Assembly (NCBI GenBank): GCA_965198235.1 | Contig: OZ240248.1 | Span: 1,472,001-1,536,000 of the forward strand | Reading direction: 5' to 3' | Source of the DNA: Candidatus Poribacteria bacterium | Lineage (GTDB): Bacteria; Poribacteria; WGA-4E; WGA-3G | Length of the DNA stretch: 64,000 nt | Shown: positions 27,595 through 39,236 of the stretch, one piece after another | Layout: the number at the start of each line of letters is the position of its first letter | Numbering within the stretch: the stretch's first letter is position 1 | Program-made: the position numbers and the translations under genes | Notes under the pieces: generated by a model | Seen by the model: the letters and a program-made list of their open reading frames with translations, nothing else | Told to the model about the DNA's origin: nothing | Database searches by the model: none

Positions 27595-28668
27595 TTAAAC
27601 CTCTCCAGCGTCTTCAATCTGAACTTCACGTCCCGTCTCAGCACTTGTGAGTAGACCTTCCATCATCTGCTGAACAATCAATCCGTGGCGGAGGGGTGCC
27701 TTGCACTTTACGTCGTCTAAGATAGATTCAATGAAGTGATCGGCGATCGCATCCCACGCTTCGTTGTATTTACCCGGTGGCAGATTGACGCTTATATCCT
27801 CAGACGTGCCGGATTCGTCCGTACGGTAGAGCTGCAAAGGACTCATCGTCGCACCGGCTTCTGTGCCGAAGAGTTCTATCTGGAATTCATCGGGTTGATG
27901 CGATGCCCAGAAGCTTTCCACCTGTAAGCCGAGTCCGTTTTCAAACGTAATAAACCCGCCTGCGTAGTCGTCTGACTCGTACTGTTCGTAGGTTTCTTTT
28001 GGGGGTCGGCTACGATTCCAGTACCCACGACCCCGCGGTCCAAATTTCGCACCGGCGGCACCGAGCACTGCGATCGGTTTCGGCAGTCCGAGAATCCACC
28101 ACGCTGCGTCAAGGACGTGGACACCCATATCACGGAAGGCACCGCCTCCCTGCTTAATAAAACCGAGATTCCATGCAGGGATACCGTTGCGGCGGACACT
28201 CCGGGCACGGGCGTAGTAAAGTTCACCAAAATAATTATCGCGTGCGAGGTTGCCGAGGTATTGGCAGCTATCTCCGAAACGCGTGGAAAGCGACATCATA
28301 TTGACAACGCCTGCTGCTTCTGCTTCCGTAACGAGTTTTTGCGCGGCTTCCTCGGAATCGGCGAGTGGTTTCGTTACCATGACGTGTTTGCCGTTCCGTA
28401 CTGCTTCCAATGCTATCGGCACGTGCCACTGATTCGGTGTGCCAACAAATACCGCGTCGATATCGGCGGCTTTACACATCTCTTTGTAATCTGTGTAGAA
28501 TTTAACCTCGCTCGGTAGATCCTTGGCGAAGGCTTTCATCCGGTCTTCAAGCAAGTCACAAAGCGCGACAACATTGCCTCGCGGGTTTCTGGCGAGCGCC
28601 GCTCCATTGGGTCTACCTATACCCATACCGACGACGGCGATTCGGACAGGGTTTTTTGCTGCTGCCAT
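27595..28668 (-). CDS. Gfo/Idh/MocA oxidoreductase
   Basis: AVVGMG, TKP, GGGAFRDMGVH. Confidence 0.9.
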   Translation of the reverse strand: MAAAKNPVRIAVVGMGIGRPNGAALARNPRGNVVALCDLLEDRMKAFAKDLPSEVKFYTDYKEMCKAADIDAVFVGTPNQWHVPIALEAVRNGKHVMVTKPLADSEEAAQKLVTEAEAAGVVNMMSLSTRFGDSCQYLGNLARDNYFGELYYARARSVRRNGIPAWNLGFIKQGGGAFRDMGVHVLDAAWWILGLPKPIAVLGAAGAKFGPRGRGYWNRSRPPKETYEQYESDDYAGGFITFENGLGLQVESFWASHQPDEFQIELFGTEAGATMSPLQLYRTDESGTSEDISVNLPPGKYNEAWDAIADHFIESILDDVKCKAPLRHGLIVQQMMEGLLTSAETGREVQIEDAGEV

Positions 28669-28774
28669 TTTTTTAATTTTCCTTGCGGTTGGTTCAGAGA
28701 GGTTGTGTGAAAAACAGTCCTTTCGGTATATCCGCCTTCCACTTCGTTTCAGGCTACGCGTTTTTTAATTTTCC

Positions 28775-29338
28775 TTAATACGGACGACCCCGTGAATTCA
28801 AAGGCGAACTCACTTCGTTTTTGACAGACTTAATTGTCCTGAGATACGCCCAGATCGCCTTCAGATCTTCATCGTTCATTTGGGCGTAATGCTTCGTCGG
28901 CATCGGCGGAAAGATCTTCCGATTGCCTGCCACGCCTTGATGGAGTCCAGTACGCATCGCTTGGATGAACATTGTCTCTGTCCATTCACCCAATCCTGTT
29001 TCATTGTCCGGGGTCAAATTTGAAGCGAAGCTCGTTCCAAACGGACCGGAGAATGCTGTCATTTGCGTTGATGTAAGAATGAAGATGCCTTGTTGCATCA
29101 TGCTGAAATTGTAGCGTGGATAAGACGCGTTCGCTGGATGCCCCGCGAGGTACATGTCCATGTTATATTCAGCACCAGCGCGTGGTGTATGGCAATGCCC
29201 GCACGCACCCACCGTGTCCACGAGGTATTTCCCGCGTTGCACCATATCGCTTTGGCTTTGAACAGAGTTGATGCTCAGCGCAATAATGCTACCTACAACG
29301 AGCAACGTCGCGCAAAAGATTAAGAAATTTCGGTACAT
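28775..29338 (-). CDS. c-type cytochrome
   Basis: Signal/anchor, RGKYL, CGHCH, NLTPD..GLGEW, PPMP. Confidence 0.88.
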   Translation of the reverse strand: MYRNFLIFCATLLVVGSIIALSINSVQSQSDMVQRGKYLVDTVGACGHCHTPRAGAEYNMDMYLAGHPANASYPRYNFSMMQQGIFILTSTQMTAFSGPFGTSFASNLTPDNETGLGEWTETMFIQAMRTGLHQGVAGNRKIFPPMPTKHYAQMNDEDLKAIWAYLRTIKSVKNEVSSPLNSRGRPY

Positions 29339-29570
29339 TCAGGAACTCTCCTTTGGATTCAAACCTGAACCTAATTTAGCAAATTCCGCAAATAGATGCA
29401 ATAAAAATAAAAATGGCGCGGTTGAAAACCGCGCCTGTACCTTAAGGTAAAATTAAAAAGTAGTCCGTAATGAAATGGAGGGGTTTTTGCTTGGGTGTTT
29501 CTTCAGATATACGGGAAGGCACGTCATAGATCCCAACCCACTTGACCGAACCGCAAGGTAAAATTAAAAA

Positions 29571-32360
29571 TTAGAAACTATAAGATAACTTCGCGTAGTA
29601 AAGTCCACCATTGAAACCGAAAGGTGCAGACCTTCTGGAGTATGTGAAAACGCCAGGCGAGTCCGCAATGACGTGTCCTGTGCTATCCTCTAATTTTCCA
29701 CTACGCGACTGACCAATTTCATTAAGGTCGGGCAGCTGATCAAACAGATTATTCACACCAATAGTCAACGAAAGCCCTTCATTGAGTTGATAGTTACTCT
29801 GGACATCAGTAAGCCATTTTCCATCATAAGTTTGCCGTGCCGGATCGGCACCACTTCCTTCTTGAACGGTGTAACTCCCGAAGTAGCGCAAGGCACCCCC
29901 TATAGTGAGATCGCCGATGATGTAATCCGCGCTCAGGTTAAGCCGGGTGTTCGGCTGCCACTCCTCAATCATGGAGCGATCCTGCGAAGGGAAGAGGATC
30001 TCCTCAAGCCCGATAAGGATTTCTGGTGCATCCACATCACCGATAACTTCGGTATCTGCCCATGTGAACGCAACCTTCAAATTGAGAAGGGATTCGTTGG
30101 TGAACGCATGTAGATAACCCGCGGCAACATCAACGCCTTGTGTACGAGTCTGTGCCACGTTTGTGAACGCCTGTGCACTGCTCGCCCCTGCAGCAACTAA
30201 GGTAGGGATGTTATCGGCACTGAAATTGCCACTGAGGACGATACGATCATCAATTTGGATGAGAAAACCGTCTACAGTGAGCCACATCTTCTCAAATGGT
30301 TTCAACACGAAACCACCCGAGACGTTGAATGCCGTCTCCTCTTTGAGTTCAGGTATACCGAGTGCACGTGCGGCATCGCTGTCGTTACGGAACGTGCCGA
30401 GTTCGCGGGGTAACACTTCAGTAGTATCTCCGTCACCATCAAGATCCGTCGCATCTACCAAGAATTGCGTGCTAATGTTATTGAAGTAGAGTTGTTGCAG
30501 TGAAGGCGCACGGAAACCGGTGCTGCCCGCCGCACGGACCGCAACCTGTTTCGTCAAATCGTAACGAGCCGTCGCTTTTCCTGTGACGGTGGCACCGAAG
30601 TCGCTATACTGCTCACCGCGCACCGCTGCACCAACGAGTAAACCTGTTCCCGGTTGTCCACTGAGATAGGATTCAAAATCAGCATAACCTGCTATATTTG
30701 TCCTACTTTCGTCCACTTCGTTGTCTGGCCGGAAACCGGGGAATACTTGGATACCGCCAGTGGCACCCGGTGCCCCAAGTCCGGCGTTAATCCATGAGAG
30801 GGGTTCGCCAGCGTGGATACCGTAACCTTCCCGACGGAACTCGATACCGCCTGCGAGGTTCACCAGCGAGGACTGATAGTCAAGAGGATAGGTGACATCC
30901 AAGTTAAACGCCGTTTGCGAAAGCTCAAATCCGCCAGCATCCGCGGAAGTCGGACTGCTCGCACCGTAAGAGGCGTTCAGAGAGTTGGAAATGAAAAAGT
31001 CGAATGTATTCAAGCCGTAATTAATGCTGGCATCGACATTCAAATCGGTCACCTCATGCGTCCATGCCATACCTAAGGCGAGAGAGGTGTCACCAATATC
31101 AGTGTTGATTTCTGGTAGGAATCCATCCGGATAGATTTCGGTGACAGTCCGCGATGCTTGGTTGGCTCTGCGATAAAAACCGGCACTGTTGTTTTGGCGT
31201 GAAGAGTGTCCGCCAAAGGAGTAGAGTTCTAAACCCGCAGCGAGCGGGAGTCCGAAATTATAAAATCCAATTTTTTGTGACGAATCGGAATCTCCAACGC
31301 GGAAGTTCTGACGTTCAAAGGTGTATTCGCGCGGATCGAACCATACCGGTTTCCTGGTTACAGTCCCATCATCATTTTCGATTTCAAGCATCTTATCCGG
31401 GGGACTCCCTTGGTCGACATCTATCCAGTCATACTGGCGTTCGCCTGTGAGACCTGCACGGTTGGTCCGTTCTCTATCACGCCATTCAGCAGTGAGATTG
31501 AGGAAACCGGATTCACCGACTTTCATACCGTAGTTGGCGTTCCCGTTCCGTGTGTCGCCATCGCCTTCATAGGTTTGTCCCCAATAAAGGTCAGCATTGC
31601 CTATATTAACATCGTCTTTCAGCACAATATTGATGACACCCGCGATAGCATCCGAACCGTACTGTGCCGCCGCACCGTCGCGGAGTACTTCAATACGCTC
31701 TATCGCCGCGGACGGAATCGCGTTAAAGTCTGTGCCAGCGGTGCCTCGTCCCACCGACGTGTTTACGTGCAACAAGGCACTTTTGTGCCGACGTTTGCCG
31801 TTGACAAGCACAAGTGTCTGATCGGGTCCCAAGCCACGCAGTGTTGCGGGACGTAGGGCATCTGTGCCATCGCTAATGCTTGAACTTGAAAAATTGAAGG
31901 AGGGGACTAACATCTGAAGGACGCGACCCGTTTCAGATTGACCGGTAAGGCTGAGTTGCTCTCTGTTAACGACTTCTATTGGAACAGGGGCTTGTAAAGC
32001 TCTCCTGCCTATACTGCGTGTCCCGACTACCACGACGGATTCAATGGTTTGAATGGGAGCAAGACTGACTATTGCTTCGGCTTGTCCCGCAGTGGTATTA
32101 ATGCGTTTGCTCGAAAATCCGATTGCTGTTACAATCAGCGACTGCGCGCCTGTCACATCGCTGAACAGAGCAGCTCCGGATGCGTCGGTTTTTTGTTCTT
32201 GGTTTCCGATTTGTACTTTCGCTTCTGATATAGCATTTCCATTCTGATCTTGAACGACTACCTTGAGTGTATCTGCACTGACAGCCATCGGTATCACTGA
32301 TGCGATGCCGAATAAAATGGCGACAATGTATAAGAAATACCGTTTATTTGAAATTGCCAT
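29571..32360 (-). CDS. TonB-dependent receptor
   Basis: Signal peptide, plug LRGLGPDQTLVLVNGKR, IERIEVLRDGAAAQYGSDAIAGVINI, C-terminal YSF. Confidence 0.95.
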   Translation of the reverse strand: MAISNKRYFLYIVAILFGIASVIPMAVSADTLKVVVQDQNGNAISEAKVQIGNQEQKTDASGAALFSDVTGAQSLIVTAIGFSSKRINTTAGQAEAIVSLAPIQTIESVVVVGTRSIGRRALQAPVPIEVVNREQLSLTGQSETGRVLQMLVPSFNFSSSSISDGTDALRPATLRGLGPDQTLVLVNGKRRHKSALLHVNTSVGRGTAGTDFNAIPSAAIERIEVLRDGAAAQYGSDAIAGVINIVLKDDVNIGNADLYWGQTYEGDGDTRNGNANYGMKVGESGFLNLTAEWRDRERTNRAGLTGERQYDWIDVDQGSPPDKMLEIENDDGTVTRKPVWFDPREYTFERQNFRVGDSDSSQKIGFYNFGLPLAAGLELYSFGGHSSRQNNSAGFYRRANQASRTVTEIYPDGFLPEINTDIGDTSLALGMAWTHEVTDLNVDASINYGLNTFDFFISNSLNASYGASSPTSADAGGFELSQTAFNLDVTYPLDYQSSLVNLAGGIEFRREGYGIHAGEPLSWINAGLGAPGATGGIQVFPGFRPDNEVDESRTNIAGYADFESYLSGQPGTGLLVGAAVRGEQYSDFGATVTGKATARYDLTKQVAVRAAGSTGFRAPSLQQLYFNNISTQFLVDATDLDGDGDTTEVLPRELGTFRNDSDAARALGIPELKEETAFNVSGGFVLKPFEKMWLTVDGFLIQIDDRIVLSGNFSADNIPTLVAAGASSAQAFTNVAQTRTQGVDVAAGYLHAFTNESLLNLKVAFTWADTEVIGDVDAPEILIGLEEILFPSQDRSMIEEWQPNTRLNLSADYIIGDLTIGGALRYFGSYTVQEGSGADPARQTYDGKWLTDVQSNYQLNEGLSLTIGVNNLFDQLPDLNEIGQSRSGKLEDSTGHVIADSPGVFTYSRRSAPFGFNGGLYYAKLSYSF

Positions 32361-32702
32361 TTAGTTTTTCCTTTGCTTGTGGTTTGGAAGGGTGGAAGAT
32401 TGGAAGCGTAGGCATCCCTATCCTTCCATCCTTCAATATCTGCTTTGTGCCCAAGTCCTGACAGTTTAATTATGTATTGTTTTTTCGTAAAATGCAAATT
32501 AAAGTTGCGAAAATGTGGAATATCAGTTTTTTTAACCACAAACTCTGCTTTTATGCTAAAATGAATATGAATTCTAACAATTTTTGACCCTAATAGACAG
32601 AATTTCTGTACAGAGTATGATTGTTTCCAGTTCCCTTGATACGTATCGAAAACCCGTTTTTGACAACGGAAAAAACGGAGCGAAAACTTAATCGTTAAAA
32701 GA

Positions 32703-34335
32703 ATGCACGGCTTGATGATGAACTATCCATTGACGCTTGCGCAGATTTTGGAACATGCGCACCGTATACACGGCAGTAAGCGAGTTACCACACTCCTACC
32801 CGATCAGACGTTCCATGGTTACAACTACTACTGAGTTGTATGAGCGCGTGAAGCGGTTGGCGAACGCTATCACGCAATTGGGTGTTATACAGCCGAGTGA
32901 CAGAGTTGGGACGTACGCTTCCAATACTTATCAGCATCTGGAACTCTACTATGCGATTCCGTGCATCGGTGCTGTGCTTCATCCGCTCAATGTTCGTCTC
33001 ACTGCCGTTCAATTGGCGCAGATCGTGCACGAGGCAAAGGACAAGGTTATTTTTGTAGATGGCGCATTTGCCGAGCAGTTTGAGGAACTACGAGAGAAAA
33101 TTGAATGTAAGCAAGTTGTCCACTTTAATCCGAGTTCCACGCATTCTGGTGTTGCTTATGAGCAGCTGCTCTCTGAAATCGAGCCAGTCTATTCATGGAA
33201 TATCCGTGACGAAAACTTGGCAATGGGGCTTTGTTACACCAGTGGGACGCAAGGGGAGCCTCGCGGTGTGCTCTACACCCATCGCTCCATGTTTCTTCAC
33301 ACGCTTGCTGTGAATCAAGCCGATGTCTTCGGATTAACAGAGGCAGATGTCGTGATGCCGCTTGTCCCGATGTTCCATGCGATGGCGTGGGGACTGCCTT
33401 ATGCATCTATGTTCGCTGGTGCAGATATAGTGCTTCCCGGTGCTAAGCCCGCGTGCCTCGCAGACCTCATTGCTGAGACAGGTGTCACCGTCGCTGCAGG
33501 AATTCCAACGGTCTGGGCAAAGGTTTATCCTGAATTATGCAGAAGGAAGCGGGATGTCTCCACGTTGCGACGATTGATAGTTGGGGGTGAGGCGATGCCA
33601 CCTACACTCATTGAAGCCTACGAAAAGAATCTCGGTGTTGAGATTTGCCACGCTTGGGGAATGACCGAGATGTCGCCAACGGGTACGTTCTCGAAACTGC
33701 GTGGGGCACATCAAAATTTGTCAGATACTGAAAAATGGCGGATTAAAGCGAAGCAAGGAAGGCCAATACCGGGTGTTGAACTCCGCCTCGCAGCTGAAAC
33801 ATCTAACGGTTTCACGAAACTCCCTTGGAATGGCGAGGCAGTCGGGGAACTGCAAGTGCGGAGTCCATGGACAGCAAGCCGTTACTACAACACTGAGCCT
33901 ACTACAGAACATTTCACTGCCGACGGATGGTTACGCACGGGGGATGTTGCCACTATTGACGTAGACGGTTACATGCAGATTGTGGACCGCGCGAAAGCAC
34001 TCATCCGAAGTGGCGGAGAGTCTATTTCAAGTGTTGCCTTAGAAACTTCACTCCTAAAGCACCCGTCCGTTCTTGAGGCGGCAGTTATCGGTGTGCCTCA
34101 TGAACAGTGGGGTGAACGTCCACTCGCTGTCGTTGCACTTTCACAGCGGATAGATACGGACATCTCAGATGACCTTGAGCAACACCTCTCTGTTGAGTTC
34201 CCAAAGTTTTGGATTCCTGACCGGTTTGTCGTTGTTGATGAAATCCCGAAAACAAGCGTCGGAAAATCTGATAAGCGAGCCCTTTTGGCGCAGCTTGCAA
34301 TGCCGGGGTCCCCGCCCGTTACTGGGAAGGGGTAA
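32703..34335 (+). pseudogene. Medium/long-chain fatty-acid-CoA ligase (AlkK-like) with a +1 frameshift near 32829
   Basis: N-terminus MHGLMMNYPLTLAQILEHA starts at 32703 and stops at 32832-32834; the body (YTSGT, WGMTE, GWLRTGD) continues in the +1 frame. Confidence 0.75.
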
Positions 34336-34522
34336 ACTTGCTTGAGAAGAGACAAGTGTCCGCGCCTACGTGTAAAAATTAGGGGTTACGCATTATGCAT
34401 CGCCAAAAAGTTTAATCATAACCAATGTGCTGAAACTTATCGAAAGCCCGATTTTGACAGGCTTCCCTTTATGGAAAGGGAAAATCGGAGCGAAAATCCA
34501 ATCGTTAGAACGGAGAATTCTC

Positions 34523-35560
34523 ATGAAAATGAAAGCCGCTATCTACACAGGCATTGAAGAGATTGAAATTCGTGAGGTCGAACGGAACGAACCACCTCCG
34601 GGCTTTGTACTCGTTGACACAAGACAGACCGGTATTTGTGGAAGTGACCTGCACAGTTATTTTGGGCATTGGGGACAATCGCATGAACATGCCGCAGGGC
34701 ATGAGACATGTGGCATAGTCGTGGCACTCGGCGATGGTGTAACGGAATTTGACATTGGCGACAGGGTCGCCGTGGAATGTTTTGCACACTGCGGCACCTG
34801 CAAGTATTGCGAAACCGGCCAGTACAATCTCTGCTTCAATAGAGCCGGGATCTCTCCGAGTATGCACGGCGGATTCGCTGAATACACGTCGACGCACCAT
34901 TCCGGGTTGTTTAAAATACCGAAACAGATGACGTTTGAGCAGGGAGCACTCGTTGAACCGCTCGCTGTTTCACATCGTGCTATAGCGCGGACAGGTGCCA
35001 ATTCCAGAGACACAGTCGCAATTATCGGCGGCGGTACTATCGGACAATTCTGCTTGGCGGATGCAGTTGCCGCCGGTCTGAAAGAGACGTTGATTACTGT
35101 CAAGTATGAACAACAGGCAGAACTGGCAAAAGCACTCGGCGCGGATCACGTCGTGAACATCAGCGACACCGACGCGCGAGAATACGTCAAGGATGTCACA
35201 AACGGTATCGGTTTTGATGCAGTGGTTGAAACAGTAGGAGGGGCAGAGAATTTCGACACTGCCATGACTATCGTTAGAAAACAAGGGGCTGTTGTCCTCG
35301 TTGCAGGATACTACAAACCGCTTGAGGTGAATCTCTCTACTATCGTCTGGTCGGAGGCAACCATTACGGGTTCTAACTGCTACGGTTATAGTGGGATGGA
35401 GACCGACTTTGAGGCGGCAATTGAGTTGATTGACTCCGGCAAGGTCGATGCTACAAAATTGGTGACACACTACTATCCGCTTGAAGAGATTGCTGAAGCG
35501 TTCCGGGTGTCTGCCGATAAGACCTCCGGCGCAGTTAAAGTGCATGTCTCTCAGGAATAG
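34523..35560 (+). CDS. Zinc-dependent alcohol/threonine dehydrogenase family
   Basis: GICGSDLH, GHE, CGTCKYC..C, GGGTIG. Confidence 0.9.
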   Translation: MKMKAAIYTGIEEIEIREVERNEPPPGFVLVDTRQTGICGSDLHSYFGHWGQSHEHAAGHETCGIVVALGDGVTEFDIGDRVAVECFAHCGTCKYCETGQYNLCFNRAGISPSMHGGFAEYTSTHHSGLFKIPKQMTFEQGALVEPLAVSHRAIARTGANSRDTVAIIGGGTIGQFCLADAVAAGLKETLITVKYEQQAELAKALGADHVVNISDTDAREYVKDVTNGIGFDAVVETVGGAENFDTAMTIVRKQGAVVLVAGYYKPLEVNLSTIVWSEATITGSNCYGYSGMETDFEAAIELIDSGKVDATKLVTHYYPLEEIAEAFRVSADKTSGAVKVHVSQE

Positions 35561-35697
35561 TATCGCGTTGATTTGCTGGTGGGTTTAGAATTCCACCAGC
35601 AAAAGCGAAGGCACCCCTGGTAGGAGAGGTTTCCAACCTCACCGGTTCACAGTATATCAGTAATTGTGAAATTTACTATAAAAGGATTTTATACAAA

Positions 35698-36423
35698 ATG
35701 CAGAATGGAAATCACGCATTGAACACCGAAGAAAGGGAACAGTTTTGGCGACAGGGCTACCTCGGTCCTTACAAGCTCTGTAGTTCTCAAGAGATGCTCA
35801 ACACGCATTCGGAAATCGAGAAAGTACTTGAGACTGCGCCGCCGGATCACAACCAATTGGAGCATAACCGCCATCTTGATTCTGTATTAATTCATAATCT
35901 CGCCACGCATCCGGCTATCATCAAACGGATGGCATCTCTCTACGGGCCCGATCTTCTGCTCTGGCGAACGAACTTTTTCATCAAGGAACCCGGCGCGAGA
36001 GAGATTCCGTGGCATCAAGACTTCAACTACTGGCCCCTTGAACCACCTATTATTATTTCTGCCTGGATTGCTGTCGATTCCGCAACATTAGAAAATAGTT
36101 GTCTCCAAATCGTTCCCGGTTCACACCGTAAAGTCGTCCCGCACGTGAAAGCAACCTCGGATATGGCGTTCAATCAGATGGGTGACCTCGGGTTCATTGA
36201 TACCACCACTATTGCCAACCTTGAGATGCAACCGGGCGAATTTATCCTCTTTAATGAGCGCACCTTGCATCACTCGGAGGCAAATCGCTCTGATAAACGG
36301 CGTATCGGTTTAGCTGTTCGGGTCATCCTGCCGATTGTTAAAGTTTTCGATTGGGATGCGCCCGAGCACAAACTCATTGTCGTTCACGGTGAAGATCCCG
36401 TGCAATTTAATCACAGGGATTAA
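35698..36423 (+). CDS. PhyH family dioxygenase
   Basis: PWHQD, NSCLQIVPGSH, LHHSEANRS. Confidence 0.9.
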   Translation: MQNGNHALNTEEREQFWRQGYLGPYKLCSSQEMLNTHSEIEKVLETAPPDHNQLEHNRHLDSVLIHNLATHPAIIKRMASLYGPDLLLWRTNFFIKEPGAREIPWHQDFNYWPLEPPIIISAWIAVDSATLENSCLQIVPGSHRKVVPHVKATSDMAFNQMGDLGFIDTTTIANLEMQPGEFILFNERTLHHSEANRSDKRRIGLAVRVILPIVKVFDWDAPEHKLIVVHGEDPVQFNHRD

Positions 36424-36495
36424 ACAACGCGCTTTATGCTTATTCATCTATGGAATCAAGTGTTGTATTATTGATTAAAAAGGAGAAACGTTAAA

Positions 36496-37503
36496 ATGAA
36501 TCGTCAAATTACCCTCGCTTCCCGACCCGTAGGGTACCCAAAGGAGTCGGACTTTAACTTGGTTGAGGTACCGATTCCAACACCTGAAGATGGAGAGGTG
36601 TTGGTACAGACTCTCTACCTCTCGGTTGATCCATATATGCGGGGACGGATTAATGCAGCGAAATCTTACGCCGCCAACGTGGAAATTGATGAGGTTATGA
36701 TCGGTAGTGTGATCGCTCAGGTTGTCGCATCGAAGCATCCCAATTTTGAGGTGGGTGATATCGTCAACGCGGGTATCGGATGGCAGGAATACGGTGTTGC
36801 TACCGGCGATGGCTTAAGGAAGATTGATCCGACAATCGCACCTATCTCAACGGGTGGAGGGATTCTCGGTATGCCCGGTCTAACAGCCTACTTCGGCTTG
36901 CTTGAAGTTGGGAAGCTTCAAGAACGGGAGACCGTGTTTGTCTCTGGTGCCGCTGGCGCAGTCGGTTCCGTCGTCGGACAGATCGCAAAAATTAAGGGAT
37001 GTCGGGTTGTCGGTTCCGCCGGAACCGATGAAAAAGTCGATTATATCGTCGATGAACTCGGATTTGATGAGGCTTTTAATTATAAAGAGGTTACCGATTA
37101 TCACGAAGAACTCCAAAGACTTCTTCCTGATGGCATTGATGTCTATTTTGATAACGTCGGTGGAGTTATCACGGATGCCGTTTTCCCCAATTTAAGAATC
37201 AAAGGACGCGTCGTCATCTGTGGGCAGATTTCACAGTATAACTTAGAGAAACCGGAGACAGGACCCCGTTTCCTCTGGAATATGATCACCAAACGCGCGA
37301 GAATCGAAGGTTTCCTCGTCTCTGAGTTCGCTGATCGGCACGCAAAAGCACTCGTTGAGATGGCAGAGTGGTTACGACAGGGCAAGTTGAAATACCATGA
37401 GACGATTGAAGAAGGTGGAATCGAAAGCGCACCCGCGGCGTTCATTAGCATGCTCAAAGGCGGCAATATTGGAAAGCAACTCGTTAAAATCGCTGATTTT
37501 TAA
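36496..37503 (+). CDS. NADP-dependent oxidoreductase (CurA/prostaglandin reductase-like MDR)
   Basis: LSVDPYMRG, GMPGLTAYFG, SGAAGAVG, DNVGG. Confidence 0.92.
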   Translation: MNRQITLASRPVGYPKESDFNLVEVPIPTPEDGEVLVQTLYLSVDPYMRGRINAAKSYAANVEIDEVMIGSVIAQVVASKHPNFEVGDIVNAGIGWQEYGVATGDGLRKIDPTIAPISTGGGILGMPGLTAYFGLLEVGKLQERETVFVSGAAGAVGSVVGQIAKIKGCRVVGSAGTDEKVDYIVDELGFDEAFNYKEVTDYHEELQRLLPDGIDVYFDNVGGVITDAVFPNLRIKGRVVICGQISQYNLEKPETGPRFLWNMITKRARIEGFLVSEFADRHAKALVEMAEWLRQGKLKYHETIEEGGIESAPAAFISMLKGGNIGKQLVKIADF

Positions 37504-37651
37504 TTTATGGGCTCCTGGGCACCGCTCCATTCCATTACGCGGTGGTTTTCGGTGAATTAAAAAACCTGATTTAGATTGGAAATGGTTTCTTAACGATTGG
37601 AAATCTGCCCGTAATGGAATGGAGGGTAGCTCAGAAATAATCAATTAAAAA

Positions 37652-38596
37652 TTAATATCCTTTTTCCTTATCAATCACACTCAGAAGCGGTTTCCCAACG
37701 AGGAGCCGTTCCAGATTATCACAGAAAAGCTCAACACTCCGGTCCAAACGGATCGGTGAGCCACCCGCAACGTGTGGTGTAATAATTACGTTCGGCAGAT
37801 CCCATAACGGGCTGTCGGCAGGCAATGGCTCTTCAGGCGTGACATCCAACCCCGCACCGCCGATACTTCCTGAAGTGAGCGCACGGAGCAGTGCCGGTCC
37901 GTCCACAATCTTACCGCGCGTGACGTTAATAAGCAGCGCATGCGATTTCATCTGTTCAAACGCCGCATCATCGAACATACCCTGCGTCTCTGGGGTCAAT
38001 GGTGCACAGATGGCAACGATGTCTGATGCCGCCAGGAGTTCATGGAATCGATCCATCTTCCAGACTTTATGAACAAACGAGGGTGCCTCAACGGTCTCTG
38101 GATCCACAGCGATGACGCGCATATCGAACCCTTGTGCGCGGCGCGCAACGTCAATCCCCGTGCCACCGAGTCCGACAATCCCTAACGTCTGTTCGCTTAA
38201 CTCCCACGTCGCCAGACGGATCGACATCCGATTATCCCACGTCCGCTCGCGGACCGAACGTCCGACACCTCGGAGGAGACCGAGGAGTAAAGCCCATGTC
38301 TGATCTGCCAGATGTGGACCAACAAACCCTTTCGCGCTCGTTAGGATAACATCGCTTTCAACAAACTCCGGAAACAGCAAGCCATCAACACCAGCCGAAA
38401 GCACTTGTACCCATTTCAGTTGTTTCGCATTTTCAAAAAGTGAGCGATTGAACCCACCGAGCACAATGTCGGTATCCACAATTTCGCGCAGTGCCGCTTC
38501 TGAATTCTGTGGGGGCACAAGCGAAAGGTCGTTAGAAACCGATTCGATCTGCTGCTGTTGTTCGGGCGTAATATCGGTGTTAATCAAAATTTTCAT
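37652..38596 (-). CDS. D-2-hydroxyacid dehydrogenase
   Basis: GLGGTG, INVTRG, DVTPEEPLP, TPHVAG. Confidence 0.9.
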   Translation of the reverse strand: MKILINTDITPEQQQQIESVSNDLSLVPPQNSEAALREIVDTDIVLGGFNRSLFENAKQLKWVQVLSAGVDGLLFPEFVESDVILTSAKGFVGPHLADQTWALLLGLLRGVGRSVRERTWDNRMSIRLATWELSEQTLGIVGLGGTGIDVARRAQGFDMRVIAVDPETVEAPSFVHKVWKMDRFHELLAASDIVAICAPLTPETQGMFDDAAFEQMKSHALLINVTRGKIVDGPALLRALTSGSIGGAGLDVTPEEPLPADSPLWDLPNVIITPHVAGGSPIRLDRSVELFCDNLERLLVGKPLLSVIDKEKGY

Positions 38597-38690
38597 TTGA
38601 CATCTCTCCTGTATCGTGGTATTCTATATACAATACAAAACAACGAGATTCCTACTAAAAACACATTTCTCAAAAAAGGAGAATCCTGTC

Positions 38691-39236
38691 GTGATTGCTT
38701 CATCTTTTATACATACGCGTAAAAGATACGTACATTCCGTTTCTATTCCTATCTTCGCCATGAGTCTCTTTCTCACTGCGATCTTCATTGCCAGTTGCGG
38801 CGACGAAGGCGACATCACTGAAGACACCGCCGGTATGACGGATGTCCTCCAACCCACTACAACGCCTCCTACTGCTCAGACACCGGTACCTCCAGGAGAA
38901 CCGGGGGGTGTTGAGCAACCAGTCATCGAAGAGCCTGTTGTTCCAGATCTACCGAAAACTTCCTTCAAGGATGACATTCAGCCTATACTCGCTGAACGCT
39001 GTGCCATTGCAGGGTGCCACGCCGCACCCGGTGCCGCGGGGCTTGACCTCAGCAAATACGATACCTTCAAGAAGGGTGGCGCGAACGGTCCCGCATTCGT
39101 CGCTGGCAATGGTAACGGAAGTCTTGTCGTCAAACGCATTGATGGCGGTGGCATGCCCCTCATTCCCCCACCTTTAAACGCTGACCAGGTCCAACTTTTC
39201 ATTGATTGGATTGATGAAGGTGCCGGGAATAATTAA
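38691..39236 (+). CDS. Lipoprotein with a planctomycete-type cytochrome c domain
   Basis: Lipobox IASC, Pro/Thr linker, F..DIQPIL..RCAIAGCH, MP..WIDEGA; start uncertain. Confidence 0.75.
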   Translation: MIASSFIHTRKRYVHSVSIPIFAMSLFLTAIFIASCGDEGDITEDTAGMTDVLQPTTTPPTAQTPVPPGEPGGVEQPVIEEPVVPDLPKTSFKDDIQPILAERCAIAGCHAAPGAAGLDLSKYDTFKKGGANGPAFVAGNGNGSLVVKRIDGGGMPLIPPPLNADQVQLFIDWIDEGAGNN

